64,000 nucleotides of DNA from a virus. Taxonomy: Duplodnaviria > Caudoviricetes. The stretch is taken from IMG/VR virus record IMGVR_UViG_2811995239_000002, positions 1 through 64,000 of that record. The stretch is one strand, 5' to 3'. Position numbers and translations under genes: made by a program. Positions 9,711 to 19,277 of the stretch are shown here, in pieces. Under the pieces are notes generated by a model. That model saw nothing but the letters and a program-made list of their open reading frames with translations. It was not told the DNA's origin and searched no databases. Each line of letters starts with the position of its first letter. Within the stretch, counting starts at the first letter, position 1.

Positions 9711-9715
9711 CTGAG

Positions 9716-9973
9716 GTGATTATGAAGACCCCAACAGTAGAGAAGAACTCCGCAGTAGAGAAAGCGATCGCCATCGCTGGCAGCCAGAAAGAACTGGCAA
9801 AACGCTGCGGCAAAGCCCAGTCCACTATCTGTGACTGGCTTAACGGAAAGAAACGCATCTCCCCGGTTCACGTTCCTGAACTGGTGAAAGCGGTTGGTGG
9901 TGAAATCCAGGCTCACGAATTCCGCCCAGACCTGCCGTCCATCTTTCCACACCCTGACAACCATGCCGCTTAA
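9716..9973 (+). CDS. cro: Cro-like (YdaS family) regulator
   Basis: GSQKELA HTH, EFRPDL; divergent from cI. Confidence 0.88.
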   Translation: MIMKTPTVEKNSAVEKAIAIAGSQKELAKRCGKAQSTICDWLNGKKRISPVHVPELVKAVGGEIQAHEFRPDLPSIFPHPDNHAA

Positions 9974-10002
9974 CGGCGGCCCTAACCACGAAAGGGAAAG
10001 CA

Positions 10003-10545
10003 ATGCATTCACTTGCGTATCAACACAATACCGGAATACACCCGGGAGCGATGATAAACCGCGCTCAATCTAAAGCGGCACCAGACCACGAAAAGATCCG
10101 CAATGCGGTCCGTGCCTGGTCGTCGTCCCTGGACAATCAGGACGTCGTCTCGGCGCTGATCATCAACGAATACCGGGAGCAGGGCGGGACCGCTATCAGC
10201 TTTCCGGACGACATCAGCCGGGCGCGCCAGAAGCTGTTCCGCTTCCTGGATAACCGCTTCGACTCCGATCAGTACCGCGAGAACGTTAGAGAACTGACCC
10301 CAGCAATCATGGCTGTTCTTCCTGTTGAGTTTCGTACACGCCTGGCGCCGCAGAACGACACCATGTCGCTGATCGCATCTGCCATGAAGGAATGTTCAGA
10401 AGCAAAGCAAGCCGTTCTCCTGAACGCGCCTGAGCACCAGAAAATGAAGGAGGTAAGCGAGGGCATAGCGTCTCTGTTTCGCCTCATGCCGGAGCAGGTA
10501 GGACCGCTGATGACGATGGTCACTTCAATGCTGGGGGTTATGTGA
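10003..10545 (+). CDS. YdaT/CII-like regulator
   Basis: Position after cro; ARQKLFRFLD, MKECSEAKQAV. Confidence 0.8.
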   Translation: MHSLAYQHNTGIHPGAMINRAQSKAAPDHEKIRNAVRAWSSSLDNQDVVSALIINEYREQGGTAISFPDDISRARQKLFRFLDNRFDSDQYRENVRELTPAIMAVLPVEFRTRLAPQNDTMSLIASAMKECSEAKQAVLLNAPEHQKMKEVSEGIASLFRLMPEQVGPLMTMVTSMLGVM

Positions 10546-10630
10546 AGACTTCAGAAAGGGCGAAAGCCGGTCTGCGCGAACAGAACCGACTTTCAGGTGG
10601 AATTAACTGGATCAATTCACAGGAGCAATT

Positions 10631-11485
10631 ATGGCAAACACTGCCGAAGTAATCAATTTCCCTGTGCCTGACGTGGCACCTAAGGAGCCGCGCGTGGCAG
10701 ATCTCGACGACGGGTTTACGCGCATCGCTAATGAATTACTGGAGGCTGTCATGCGGGCTGGATTGTCTCAGCATCAGTTGCTGGTCTTCATGGCTGTAAT
10801 GCGCAAAACATACGGTTTCAACAAAAAAGCTGATTGGGTCAGTAACGACCAGTTATCTGCCCTTACCGGCATTCTTCCGCATAAATGCTCTGCTGCAAAA
10901 AGCACGTTAGTTAAGCGTGGAGTATTTACCCAAATCGGGCGATCTGTCGGAATTAACAAATCGGTCAGTGAATGGGTGAAATTACCCAAATCAGGCAATA
11001 AAAATAAATCTTACCTGAAAGAGGTAAATTTACCTGAATCAGGTAAGGAATGTTTACCCGAATCAGGTAACGACACTTACCCAAATCAGGTAAACACAAA
11101 AGACAAACATACAAAAGACAATAAAGACAATATTAATAAACCCCCTAAATCCCCCAAACCGGCTTCGTTCGATCCGGCTGGTGTTGACCTTCCTGAATGG
11201 CTGTCAGTTTCAGTCTGGAAGTCATGGGTCGATTATCGTCGCGACCTGAAGAAACCGATCAAGTCTCAGCAGACGGTTACACAGGCCATAAACCTGCTCG
11301 AGCGTTGCAAGTGCAGAGGATATCAGCCTGAAGAAATCATCAACCAGAGCATTGCAAACGGCTGGCAGGGTTTGTTTGAGCCGAAGGGGGCCAAACAGCC
11401 TGCACGCTCTCCGTCCCGCGTAGCTGAGAACTTCGCTGGCAAGGACTATGGCCAGACTGAAATTCCGTCATGGGCGAGGGACTGA
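10631..11485 (+). CDS. Replication initiator (lambda O-like)
   Basis: VADLDDGFTRIANELLEA, RKTYGFNK; internal iterons. Confidence 0.92.
   Translation: MANTAEVINFPVPDVAPKEPRVADLDDGFTRIANELLEAVMRAGLSQHQLLVFMAVMRKTYGFNKKADWVSNDQLSALTGILPHKCSAAKSTLVKRGVFTQIGRSVGINKSVSEWVKLPKSGNKNKSYLKEVNLPESGKECLPESGNDTYPNQVNTKDKHTKDNKDNINKPPKSPKPASFDPAGVDLPEWLSVSVWKSWVDYRRDLKKPIKSQQTVTQAINLLERCKCRGYQPEEIINQSIANGWQGLFEPKGAKQPARSPSRVAENFAGKDYGQTEIPSWARD
10982..11093. repeat. Replication origin iterons (five 17-bp TTACCYRAATCAGGTAA-like palindromes; weaker copy at 10926) followed by A-rich tract
   Basis: Copies at 10982, 11011, 11030, 11054, 11077. Confidence 0.85.
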
Positions 11486-11487
11486 GT

Positions 11488-12342
11488 ATGGAACTGCTCG
11501 AAAAAATCGACGCTATCGAAAAAATGCTGGAAGTACTCGGCAGGCCGCCAGAGCAACTCCCTAACTGCGAGACCGTCTGCGAAACGGTGATTTGCGAGAA
11601 ACACGGCGAATACGAACAACGTAAACGCGTGCTTACCAGCAGCCTGATCAAGCTGCCATCACCGCCGACTCGCTGCCCAGGCTGCCTGCGCGATGAGTTG
11701 ACATTCCTGTATGCCGAGAAAAAACGCTGGGAAGACCGCACGCGCCAGCAGAACATCGATCGCCTGCTGCGCCAGCTTGAAATCCCTGAGCGCTTTGTGA
11801 CGTGTACGCTGGAAAACTACCTGCCGGTGGGCAAAGAGTCAGAACGCGCGCTGCGGGTTTGTCAGGCATATGCAGCGAAGTGGCCAGAGCGACTGAAGCA
11901 GGGTGGCGGACTGGTGATGTGTGGCAAGCCGGGTACCGGTAAAAACCACCTTGCCCTGGCGATCGCTCGTTATGTCATCGAGAACCACCAGAGCCCGGTA
12001 ATTTTCACCACAGCGCTGAAGATTGCCCGTGAGTTCAAATCAACGTGGTCGAAAACAGCGATTCGCTGCGAAAACGACGTGATTTCTCAATTCACCACTC
12101 CTGACCTGTTGATCATCGACGAGGTCGGCGTCCAGTTCGGCAGCGAGGCTGAGAAGCTAATCATGTTCGAAATCATCAACACCCGCTATGAGCGGATGAA
12201 GCCGACCATCCTGATCAGCAACCAGACCAAAGAAGAGTTGGCAGCTTTCGTGAGTGAACGAGTTATTGACCGCATGAGCGACGGCGGTGGGTGCACTCTG
12301 TCATTCACCTGGGATTCATACCGTTCCAAGGGGGCTTCATGA
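11488..12342 (+). CDS. DnaC/IstB-like helicase loader ATPase
   Basis: GKPGTGKN Walker A, LLIIDEVG Walker B. Confidence 0.9.
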   Translation: MELLEKIDAIEKMLEVLGRPPEQLPNCETVCETVICEKHGEYEQRKRVLTSSLIKLPSPPTRCPGCLRDELTFLYAEKKRWEDRTRQQNIDRLLRQLEIPERFVTCTLENYLPVGKESERALRVCQAYAAKWPERLKQGGGLVMCGKPGTGKNHLALAIARYVIENHQSPVIFTTALKIAREFKSTWSKTAIRCENDVISQFTTPDLLIIDEVGVQFGSEAEKLIMFEIINTRYERMKPTILISNQTKEELAAFVSERVIDRMSDGGGCTLSFTWDSYRSKGAS

Positions 12343-12638
12343 AAGGCAAACAGGCAATCATGCGTTATCTCGAAACGCACCGTACTTTCACTGCGAAGGA
12401 TGTGGCAACCGAATACGGAATATCACTGAGCTGCATAACAAAAAACGCTCTTGAGCTTGAGAAGAAGAGGGTAATCATCCGGCTTAGCAAAGTCTGGCGA
12501 ACGGTGACTTATCGCCTGGCGACACCGGAAGAGCAGGATGGTACCGCGCGCAGCTGCACCAACGGAATATTTCAGGAGTGCCGCCAGAGTCCGGCGATGA
12601 AGCGAGTTCTGGCATTTTACGGGAGAGCGTCAGCATGA
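12339..12638 (+). CDS. DUF977-like winged-helix protein
   Basis: HTH and C-terminal NGIFQECRQS..MKRVL. Confidence 0.6.
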   Translation: MKGKQAIMRYLETHRTFTAKDVATEYGISLSCITKNALELEKKRVIIRLSKVWRTVTYRLATPEEQDGTARSCTNGIFQECRQSPAMKRVLAFYGRASA

Positions 12639-13306
12639 AATCAACGGTAGAAACAAAAATCTGTGAGTTAGTGAAGTCAGGGCATGAGCTGGCGAAAGAA
12701 CTGCATTGTGCTGAGTCTGCCGCGCTGGTGCGTAATCTGGCTACGCAGCTGGAAGTGCAACTGGTGCGTAGCAATGCTCTGGCCGCAAAGCTGAGCATGA
12801 TTAACGGCCTCATGGGCGCTGCTGAACAGGCCAACAAACTGGCACAAGAAGCAACGGAAAAACTTGTGCAGGAGCGTGACGCGCTGGCTGCGGAGAATGC
12901 GGCGCTGAAGGCGTTTGGCGACAAGCTGAATGAGATGCATAACGGCCTGAATGGTGAAGGAACCGGAATTCAAGGGCGTGCAGAAGTGGCTTGTCAGCAG
13001 GCTGCGCTGGACGCTGCGATGGAAGAATTTGACGCAATCAAAACCCCAGCCACATCCGCTTTCCTGGCTGAAGTGCAATCAAAAGCTCGCGAAGAAGGTG
13101 CTTACTTTGTTGCTAATCGAATGCTTGCTGCATGGGATGCCGGATTTATCGATGACACCGCAAAGAACGCTGCGGACATCGCACGAATGATACTGACCTC
13201 CACAGAGTTTATGGCTGATGCGCCGGAAGGCGATTTCGAACGCTCATTCGCTGATGGCGTGCTGAAAGATATCGCAGCCCAACTTCGCAAAGGAGCCGCC
13301 CAATGA
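12635..13306 (+). CDS. Phage accessory protein (Ead/Ea22-region mosaic)
   Basis: ALAAENAALK, TPATSAFLAEV motifs. Confidence 0.65.
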   Translation: MKSTVETKICELVKSGHELAKELHCAESAALVRNLATQLEVQLVRSNALAAKLSMINGLMGAAEQANKLAQEATEKLVQERDALAAENAALKAFGDKLNEMHNGLNGEGTGIQGRAEVACQQAALDAAMEEFDAIKTPATSAFLAEVQSKAREEGAYFVANRMLAAWDAGFIDDTAKNAADIARMILTSTEFMADAPEGDFERSFADGVLKDIAAQLRKGAAQ

Positions 13307-14139
13307 GCACTGGTATCAAACACCCAGCAATTCGCTACCACGGCGGTAAATTCCGCCTGGCATCGTGGATTACCAGTCATTTCCCTGAGCACCGCTGCTA
13401 TGTTGAACCGTTCGGCGGCGCTGCATCCGTCCTGCTGCGTAAGGAACCCAGCGAGGCCGAGGTATATAACGATCTTGATGGTGATGTAGTGAACCTGTTC
13501 AGTGTCCTGCGCGATCCTACTGCCAGTCGTGCGCTTATCGAAGCATGCGCATTAACTCCTTATTCCCGAACTGAGTTCCAGTGCGCTTACGAGCCAACTG
13601 ACGATCGTGTAGAGCAGGCTCGACGTCTTATCGTTCGCGCCACTATGGGCTTCGGGAGTGCTGGCGCCACGAAAGGTTGCACTGGCTTTCGTCTCGATAC
13701 CAAACGCAACAGTAGCACCGCACAACGTGTATGGGCTCGCCAGCCGGATAATCTCGCCGCGGTCGCCAGTCGGTTCTCTGGCGTCCTCGTTGAGAACCGA
13801 CCGGCTATTCAGTGTATGCAGGACCATGACACGCCGACAACGCTCCACTTTGTTGATCCGCCGTATGTCCATGACACCCGGACAGGTTCAACAAAAACAA
13901 GCGCATACCGCTTCGAAATGACGAACGACGAGCATGTAGAACTACTCGACGCGCTGAAGTGTTTACAGGGGATGGTCATCGTTTGCGGCTATGACAGCAA
14001 ACTTTATAACGATGCGCTGGCGGGCTGGCTGCGCGTCACCCGCACCACGTCGGCAAATGGTCATTCAGGCTCAGTGCAACGTACCGAATGCCTCTGGATT
14101 AACCCGGCAGCACAGCAAAAACAGGAGCGTGCAGCATGA
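13303..14139 (+). CDS. D12-class DNA adenine methyltransferase
   Basis: RYHGGK, EPFGGAAS, DPPY. Confidence 0.92.
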   Translation: MSTGIKHPAIRYHGGKFRLASWITSHFPEHRCYVEPFGGAASVLLRKEPSEAEVYNDLDGDVVNLFSVLRDPTASRALIEACALTPYSRTEFQCAYEPTDDRVEQARRLIVRATMGFGSAGATKGCTGFRLDTKRNSSTAQRVWARQPDNLAAVASRFSGVLVENRPAIQCMQDHDTPTTLHFVDPPYVHDTRTGSTKTSAYRFEMTNDEHVELLDALKCLQGMVIVCGYDSKLYNDALAGWLRVTRTTSANGHSGSVQRTECLWINPAAQQKQERAA

Positions 14140-14390
14140 GCAACATCGACAAACAGGCGCTGCGCCAATTAGCAACGGATGCGCATGAACTGGGCATCAT
14201 CAAGCGTTACACGAAAGGCATTGAGGCCAATAAGAGGTTCGCTGCCACCGCCACTCCTTTAACCGTTCTGGCGCTGCTGGATGAGCTGGAAGCCAAAGAC
14301 AAGCAGATAGCAGATTTAAAGGAAGCGTTCCGCATTGCCTTGTCTGCTGCTGGCATCGACGTCGCAGTTGGCATCGGTGAGGGGGAGTGA
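14136..14390 (+). CDS. Ead/Ea22-like protein
   Basis: MSNIDKQALR, P.TVLALLDELE. Confidence 0.75.
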   Translation: MSNIDKQALRQLATDAHELGIIKRYTKGIEANKRFAATATPLTVLALLDELEAKDKQIADLKEAFRIALSAAGIDVAVGIGEGE

Positions 14391-15454
14391 TGGGTATCAC
14401 GCATGTTGTGAGCTTCTCTGGTGGCAGAACATCCGGGAGACTTGTCAGGGAAATGGAAAATAAACGCCAGTTGGGGTGGGATGTTCGTTACGTGTTCATG
14501 GACACCGGAGCGGAACACCCTGAAACCTATAAATTCATCAGGGAGGTTGTCGCTAACTGGGGGATTGACCTTATTTGCCTTCGCGTCCAGGTAAATCCCG
14601 AACTGGGGAAAGCGAACAGCTACAAGGTCATTTCCATTGATGAAATTGGCCCCGATTTGCAACCGTGGATCGATGTTATGGCGAAATACGGCACTCCATA
14701 TTTCGGCGGCGCGTTCTGTACGCGGACAATGAAAATTGAGGTATGCGAACGATTTTGCAAAGAGAATTTTACCGATTACCGGTCGTGGCTTGGGATGCGT
14801 GTCGACGAACCGGCACGAATCTGGGGTGAAGCTCTTTTCCCTAAATTGCGCCGTATGAATTTCGATAATTACATGATGATTGATTTATATCGCGATTTAT
14901 CGCAGTCGCAAACTAAGGAGCAAATGCAGGAAACTCTGGAAACTCATTTCATGATTTTCGGTGACGTGGCAAATGAGATTATTAATCGTGTTCTTTCTAT
15001 CGCCATATCAAAACAGCGCTTTATGGCAGAAATAATTGATGATGAAAAACAGGATGTTCTGAACTGGTGGAAGCTGCAACCGTTCGATCTCGGTATCCCT
15101 GAGCACCTCGGTAACTGTGTTTTTTGCATCAAGAAAGGCGTCAACAAAGTTGCTCTTGCTATGCGTGATGCTCCTGAAATGCTGGCGCAATTCCGTGAAG
15201 CAATCATGTCACCTGATGTGCGCGTTGTTGAGCGCCGCCAGCAGGAAAACAAAATCATGTACAGGAAAGGGCATTCTCTGGACAGCATTGAAGAAGCATA
15301 TCAATCACTAACTCGCGATGAAATTGCGGCAACCATGCGCGGCGGCGGTGGTGAAGAACCGGGTTCCTGCACGGAAAGCTGCGAGGCTTTTATTGTAGGA
15401 AACAGCGATTCGGCTCAGATGGACTTGTTCGCAAATCAGGAGAAAGCAGCATGA
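14387..15454 (+). CDS. PAPS-reductase/PP-loop family protein with Cys clusters
   Basis: SFSGGRTS PP-loop, DTGAEHPETY, CTRTMK, GNCVFC, SCTESC. Confidence 0.85.
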   Translation: MMGITHVVSFSGGRTSGRLVREMENKRQLGWDVRYVFMDTGAEHPETYKFIREVVANWGIDLICLRVQVNPELGKANSYKVISIDEIGPDLQPWIDVMAKYGTPYFGGAFCTRTMKIEVCERFCKENFTDYRSWLGMRVDEPARIWGEALFPKLRRMNFDNYMMIDLYRDLSQSQTKEQMQETLETHFMIFGDVANEIINRVLSIAISKQRFMAEIIDDEKQDVLNWWKLQPFDLGIPEHLGNCVFCIKKGVNKVALAMRDAPEMLAQFREAIMSPDVRVVERRQQENKIMYRKGHSLDSIEEAYQSLTRDEIAATMRGGGGEEPGSCTESCEAFIVGNSDSAQMDLFANQEKAA

Positions 15455-16095
15455 CCACTATTACCAGATTCACCAAAGAGCAGTTAATCAAGCGCCTGGA
15501 AGAACAGCGGTCGGGAGCGCGCTATGCGTTAAGCTTTGTGCAGGATAGTGAAATCCTGCGAGATATTGAGATGGATTTGCGCATTACTGAAATAGCGCTG
15601 GCATCGCTTGAGGCTGACAGTGACAGTAGCATCCACCCGGCGCACGGCCCAGTAACACTCGATCGCCTGCGCCGCATTCGTGAAATCTTGGGCAAAGCCG
15701 CAGCACAAAGCGATGGCGGCAATCTCGGTTACGCAATGTCTGATGCTGTGAAAGCGATTGATGAATTGCTGGAAGTGCGAAAGGCGGAGCCTGCCGGATA
15801 CCACGTTATCAAAGAATGCGGAAAAGTCGGCTGTAGTGTTGCAACACTTGAGGAAGCCGAGAAAACACGAGAATTCTGGAATAAAAAGTGGGCTATTAAG
15901 CCGTATTTTTACACCGCCCCGCCAGCGCCGGTAGTTGATGCTGATGATAATTTCTATTCATGGTTCGGAAGAGAATGGGAGCAATACTATCAACCTAATA
16001 ATTACTCTTTATCGGCAAAGAAACACCTAGGGGCAATTGCTGAATCTGCATGGTTTGCATGTCGCGCCGCCATGCTAAACGGAGGTAAATCATGA
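15451..16095 (+). CDS. Eaa-like phage hypothetical protein
   Basis: IALASLEA, APPAPVV, CRAAML mosaic motifs. Confidence 0.65.
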   Translation: MTTITRFTKEQLIKRLEEQRSGARYALSFVQDSEILRDIEMDLRITEIALASLEADSDSSIHPAHGPVTLDRLRRIREILGKAAAQSDGGNLGYAMSDAVKAIDELLEVRKAEPAGYHVIKECGKVGCSVATLEEAEKTREFWNKKWAIKPYFYTAPPAPVVDADDNFYSWFGREWEQYYQPNNYSLSAKKHLGAIAESAWFACRAAMLNGGKS

Positions 16096-16604
16096 AAACT
16101 ATCCACCTTTCAGAGCGTGAGCTTTCCATGATTTTCAGCATGCTGACGCCGCCTTACACAGTCAGCGATACCCACACGGACGAGTTCAACGAATTGCGTA
16201 ACAAAGTCTTTTACGCTCTGCGTGATGCTCAGAACGATGAACCTGTAAGTAATCGTGATGAGTTGCAGGTAATTGGCTGGCTGCGTAGTGATTACAACAG
16301 CGACGACAAACGCGACCCGAACGCACCTCTGTTTATGTTGGGCAGCAATGACCCGTCTGAAGCTTGGGGTGTGAAATATCTCCCGTTGTCTGGCAACTCT
16401 CCGGTGATTCCAGATGGTTACGTGCTGGTGCCTATCGTCCCGACCGAGGACATGATTATTAACGGCTTCGAATCTGTTCCAGATCCACACTTCAGCGATG
16501 AAAAAGAGTGGGAGGAATACGAAGCATTAAGCGGATGCCGCAAGGCGGCGCGCCGGGCTGAGTTGTGCTGGGCAGCAATGATCTCCGCTGTGCCCAAGGG
16601 GTAG
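16092..16604 (+). CDS. Phage hypothetical protein (GNSPVIPDG...WAAM)
   Basis: ATGA-coupled; shares blocks with 48488-49273. Confidence 0.65.
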   Translation: MKTIHLSERELSMIFSMLTPPYTVSDTHTDEFNELRNKVFYALRDAQNDEPVSNRDELQVIGWLRSDYNSDDKRDPNAPLFMLGSNDPSEAWGVKYLPLSGNSPVIPDGYVLVPIVPTEDMIINGFESVPDPHFSDEKEWEEYEALSGCRKAARRAELCWAAMISAVPKG

Positions 16605-16614
16605 TAACCGAAAC

Positions 16615-16641
16615 GAAAAAGGGGCCGACATTTGTCGCCCC
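16615..16641 (-). terminator. Intrinsic terminator downstream of the tRNA-like gene
   Basis: GGGGCGACAAATGTCGGCCCC-TTTTT on minus strand. Confidence 0.75.
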
Positions 16642-16643
16642 CC

Positions 16644-16734
16644 AAATAGGGAGGGGATTTGAACCCCTGGACCACATTTCTGCAGTCTGCGCAGTATCAA
16701 TGCGCCGCAATAAACCAAGCTCTGCCACCCTGCC
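16644..16734 (-). tRNA. Atypical type II (Ser-like body) tRNA or pseudo-tRNA with GAT (Ile) anticodon, degenerate acceptor end, no CCA
   Basis: Hand-folded cloverleaf: D arm with GG, GCGCA-TTGATAC-TGCGC, 7-bp variable stem with GAAA loop, AGGGG-TTCAAAT-CCCCT. Confidence 0.75.
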
Positions 16735-16807
16735 ATACTTGGCGTTGATAAGATTTATCTCATATCGTTTAATGATTGCCAATTATCCATTTTTGGTAGG
16801 GTGTAAT

Positions 16808-17065
16808 ATGTCTAACTGGAACATAGCAGCAAAAAGCAAAGAAGAGCAGGACAAAGTTAACGTAGACCTGGCGGCCAGCGGCGTGGCGTACAAAGAGCGC
16901 CTGAACATGCCGGTTATCGCTGAGCAGGTAGCACGAGAGCAGCCAGAGCATCTACGCGAGTATTTTATGGAGCGAGTACGTTACTACCGTGAGCAAAGCC
17001 TGAAGCTACCGAAATCATCCGATCCGCGCTACATCGAAATGGCGGAGCAAAACGCCAAAAAGTAA
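16808..17065 (+). CDS. holE: DNA polymerase III theta subunit homolog (HolE/Hot)
   Basis: [35 protein letters not shown]. Confidence 0.9.
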   Translation: MSNWNIAAKSKEEQDKVNVDLAASGVAYKERLNMPVIAEQVAREQPEHLREYFMERVRYYREQSLKLPKSSDPRYIEMAEQNAKK

Positions 17066-17091
17066 CTAATTAATTACTAGGAGGTAAGAAT

Positions 17092-17304
17092 ATGGCCCTA
17101 AAAAAAGTAACCATAAAGGGTGGTTCTGCTGATGGTCAAAGTTTTATGCATGAAGTAAGTAGCAAGCCTGATGATAATGGTGCTTATGGTTACATTGAAA
17201 AAGAAACGAGTAGTTTACTTTCAACGAAAGTCACATACTTCATAGAGAAGGATGAGAGCGGTAAAGTTGATACATACTTTGTTGATTTCACAAAACCACA
17301 TTGA
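17092..17304 (+). CDS. AT-rich hypothetical protein
   Basis: AGGAGG RBS, 70 aa. Confidence 0.65.
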   Translation: MALKKVTIKGGSADGQSFMHEVSSKPDDNGAYGYIEKETSSLLSTKVTYFIEKDESGKVDTYFVDFTKPH

Positions 17305-17385
17305 TTATTGATAATCAACCCGCCATAATCATTTCATCGGAGCCTGAACAACTCCGGTGACTTCTGCGCATTTAAGGGGACTTAA

Positions 17386-17484
17386 ATGCGACTACAATCT
17401 GAACTCTTCACCTTGTCACAGATGCAGAAATGCACCTGTGGTTTTCTGCATTCTGCGTTTAGCCTCTGCGGAGGTGAAGCGTGA
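17386..17484 (+). CDS. 32-aa leader peptide coupled to ninB
   Basis: [32 protein letters not shown]; RBS and ATG in a hairpin; stop overlaps ninB GTG. Confidence 0.5.
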   Translation: MRLQSELFTLSQMQKCTCGFLHSAFSLCGGEA

Positions 17485-17918
17485 GCATAAAATTCTACCT
17501 TCGCGACGAGCAGGTTCGTCGCAACCTCATCGATTACATCAATAAACAGCCTGTCAGCGCTGATTTCCCGCTTGTGGTCACTCTTTCTGACCCTAAACGA
17601 ACCCTTCCTCAGAACTCTCTGTTCCATGCCTTGTGTGGCGATCTGGTTAAGCATCGCGTCCAGTGGGCTGGCTCGGCATGGTCACAACCTTCATGGAAGG
17701 CAATTCTGGTATCCGGTCATTCCATCGCCACCGGCGGGCAGGGCAAGGTTATTGCCGGGCTTGAGGGTGAACTTGTCGCCATTCGCGAAAGCACAGCATC
17801 AATGGGCGTTAAGCGGATGAACAGCCTCATCGAGTACACCCAGGCATTTGCGGTCAGTCAAAACATCCAGCTTCGCGACGTCCGTTATCAGGGCGATTTC
17901 TTTGGGAGAATGTCATGA
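17481..17918 (+). CDS. ninB: NinB/YbcN-family recombination protein
   Basis: [30 protein letters not shown]. Confidence 0.85.
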   Translation: MSIKFYLRDEQVRRNLIDYINKQPVSADFPLVVTLSDPKRTLPQNSLFHALCGDLVKHRVQWAGSAWSQPSWKAILVSGHSIATGGQGKVIAGLEGELVAIRESTASMGVKRMNSLIEYTQAFAVSQNIQLRDVRYQGDFFGRMS

Positions 17919-18637
17919 GCAATCTGATCACCTCAAACACCATCACCATGTCCAGCATTGATATTGCCGAGTTGGTTGGAAGTAGGCCGGACAACGTGAA
18001 AGTCTCTATAGAGCGCCTTGCAGAGCGCGGCGTAATACGGCTTCCTGCAATGCAGGATTTCGAAAAAATCAATAACTTAGGTCTTGCTGTAAAGGTAAGT
18101 GCTTATGTTTTTGAGGGTGAACTAGGCAAGCGTGACAGTATCGTTGTAGTCGCTCAGCTTTCTCCAGAATTTACCGCCCGTCTCGTAGATCGCTGGCGTG
18201 AACTGGAGGAGTCCGCTTTAAGTATCCCCAAAACGCTACCGGAAGCTCTCCGCCTTGCCGCCGATCTGGCTGAACAGAAACAACAACTGGAAAATCAGCT
18301 TGCTCTCGCAGCACCTAAAGTTGAGTTCGCCGATCGCGTCGGTGAATCCGAAGGCATCCTCATTGGCAACTACGCCAAAGTAGTAAAGCTCGGACAAAAC
18401 AAATTGTTCGCCTGGCTTCGTGACAACGGAATCCTGAGCGCCAGCGGTTCACGCCGGAACGTTCCTAAGCAGGAATATATGGATCGTGGCTATTTCACTG
18501 TGAAAGAAACCGCAGTTAATACCAACCACGGCATTCACATCTCCTTCACGACAAAGCTCACCGGGAAAGGCCAGCAATGGCTAACCCGGAAACTGGTAGA
18601 TCATGGTCTGCTTAAGGCGCAGGGGGATGCTGCATGA
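17915..18637 (+). CDS. Rha-family/KilAC antirepressor
   Basis: TMSSIDIAEL N-term; PKVEFAD, GQNKLFAWLR, TGKGQQW C-term. Confidence 0.85.
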   Translation: MSNLITSNTITMSSIDIAELVGSRPDNVKVSIERLAERGVIRLPAMQDFEKINNLGLAVKVSAYVFEGELGKRDSIVVVAQLSPEFTARLVDRWRELEESALSIPKTLPEALRLAADLAEQKQQLENQLALAAPKVEFADRVGESEGILIGNYAKVVKLGQNKLFAWLRDNGILSASGSRRNVPKQEYMDRGYFTVKETAVNTNHGIHISFTTKLTGKGQQWLTRKLVDHGLLKAQGDAA

Positions 18638-18918
18638 GGTCTGTTTACCGAAGTAAAAAATGGCTAGCCGCAGTCGGCCAGATTGAGCAATGCGTCCTGT
18701 GTGGTGCATGGGGCGTGCAGGTCGCACATCGAAACGAGTCAAAAGGCATGGGAATGAAAGCCGATGACTGCGCCACCGCCGCGATCTGTGTCACCTGTCA
18801 TTCTGAGATTGATAACGGTAAGAACCTGAGTAGAGATGAGCGCCGTCAGTTAATGGATCGCGCTATCGTTCTGACCGTTATCCAGATTGCCCGTCGTGGC
18901 CTGGTGGTGCCCTTATGA
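18634..18918 (+). CDS. DUF1364/DUF968-like Zn-binding nuclease-like protein
   Basis: CVLCG, AHRN, CVTCH. Confidence 0.7.
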   Translation: MRSVYRSKKWLAAVGQIEQCVLCGAWGVQVAHRNESKGMGMKADDCATAAICVTCHSEIDNGKNLSRDERRQLMDRAIVLTVIQIARRGLVVPL

Positions 18919-19277
18919 ACCAATATCGTATCTCATTGCCGTGGCCGCCGAGCAATAACCGCTACTACCGGCATAATCGCGGCAGAACCCATATCAGCAC
19001 AGAGGGGAAGACGTACCGCGACCTGGTTGCCGAAGTCATCAAAACAGAGATGCTCGACATTGGTGTGACTTGTCCTCTGAAGGTTCGCATTGAATGCCAC
19101 ATGCCGGATCGCCGCCGCCGTGACCTGGACAACCTGCAAAAGGCAGCATTCGACGCCCTGACTAAAGCCGGGTTCTGGGCTGATGACGTGCAAGTGGTTG
19201 ATTACCGCGTAGTGAAAATGCCGATCGCGAAAGTCGGCAGGCTTGAACTGACCATCACCGAACTGGAGGCAGCATGA
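18915..19277 (+). CDS. rusA: RusA Holliday junction resolvase
   Basis: [26 protein letters not shown]. Confidence 0.93.
   Translation: MNQYRISLPWPPSNNRYYRHNRGRTHISTEGKTYRDLVAEVIKTEMLDIGVTCPLKVRIECHMPDRRRRDLDNLQKAAFDALTKAGFWADDVQVVDYRVVKMPIAKVGRLELTITELEAA

Noticed and set aside
9716-10545. YdaS/YdaT as a toxin-antitoxin system
   Set aside because: Position and motifs fit Cro and a CII-like regulator of a lambdoid immunity region.
16565-16807. N-terminal extension of the holE-like ORF and ORFs 16492-16782 and 16527-16736
   Set aside because: The real start is ATG 16808; the region is better explained by the tRNA-like gene and its terminator.
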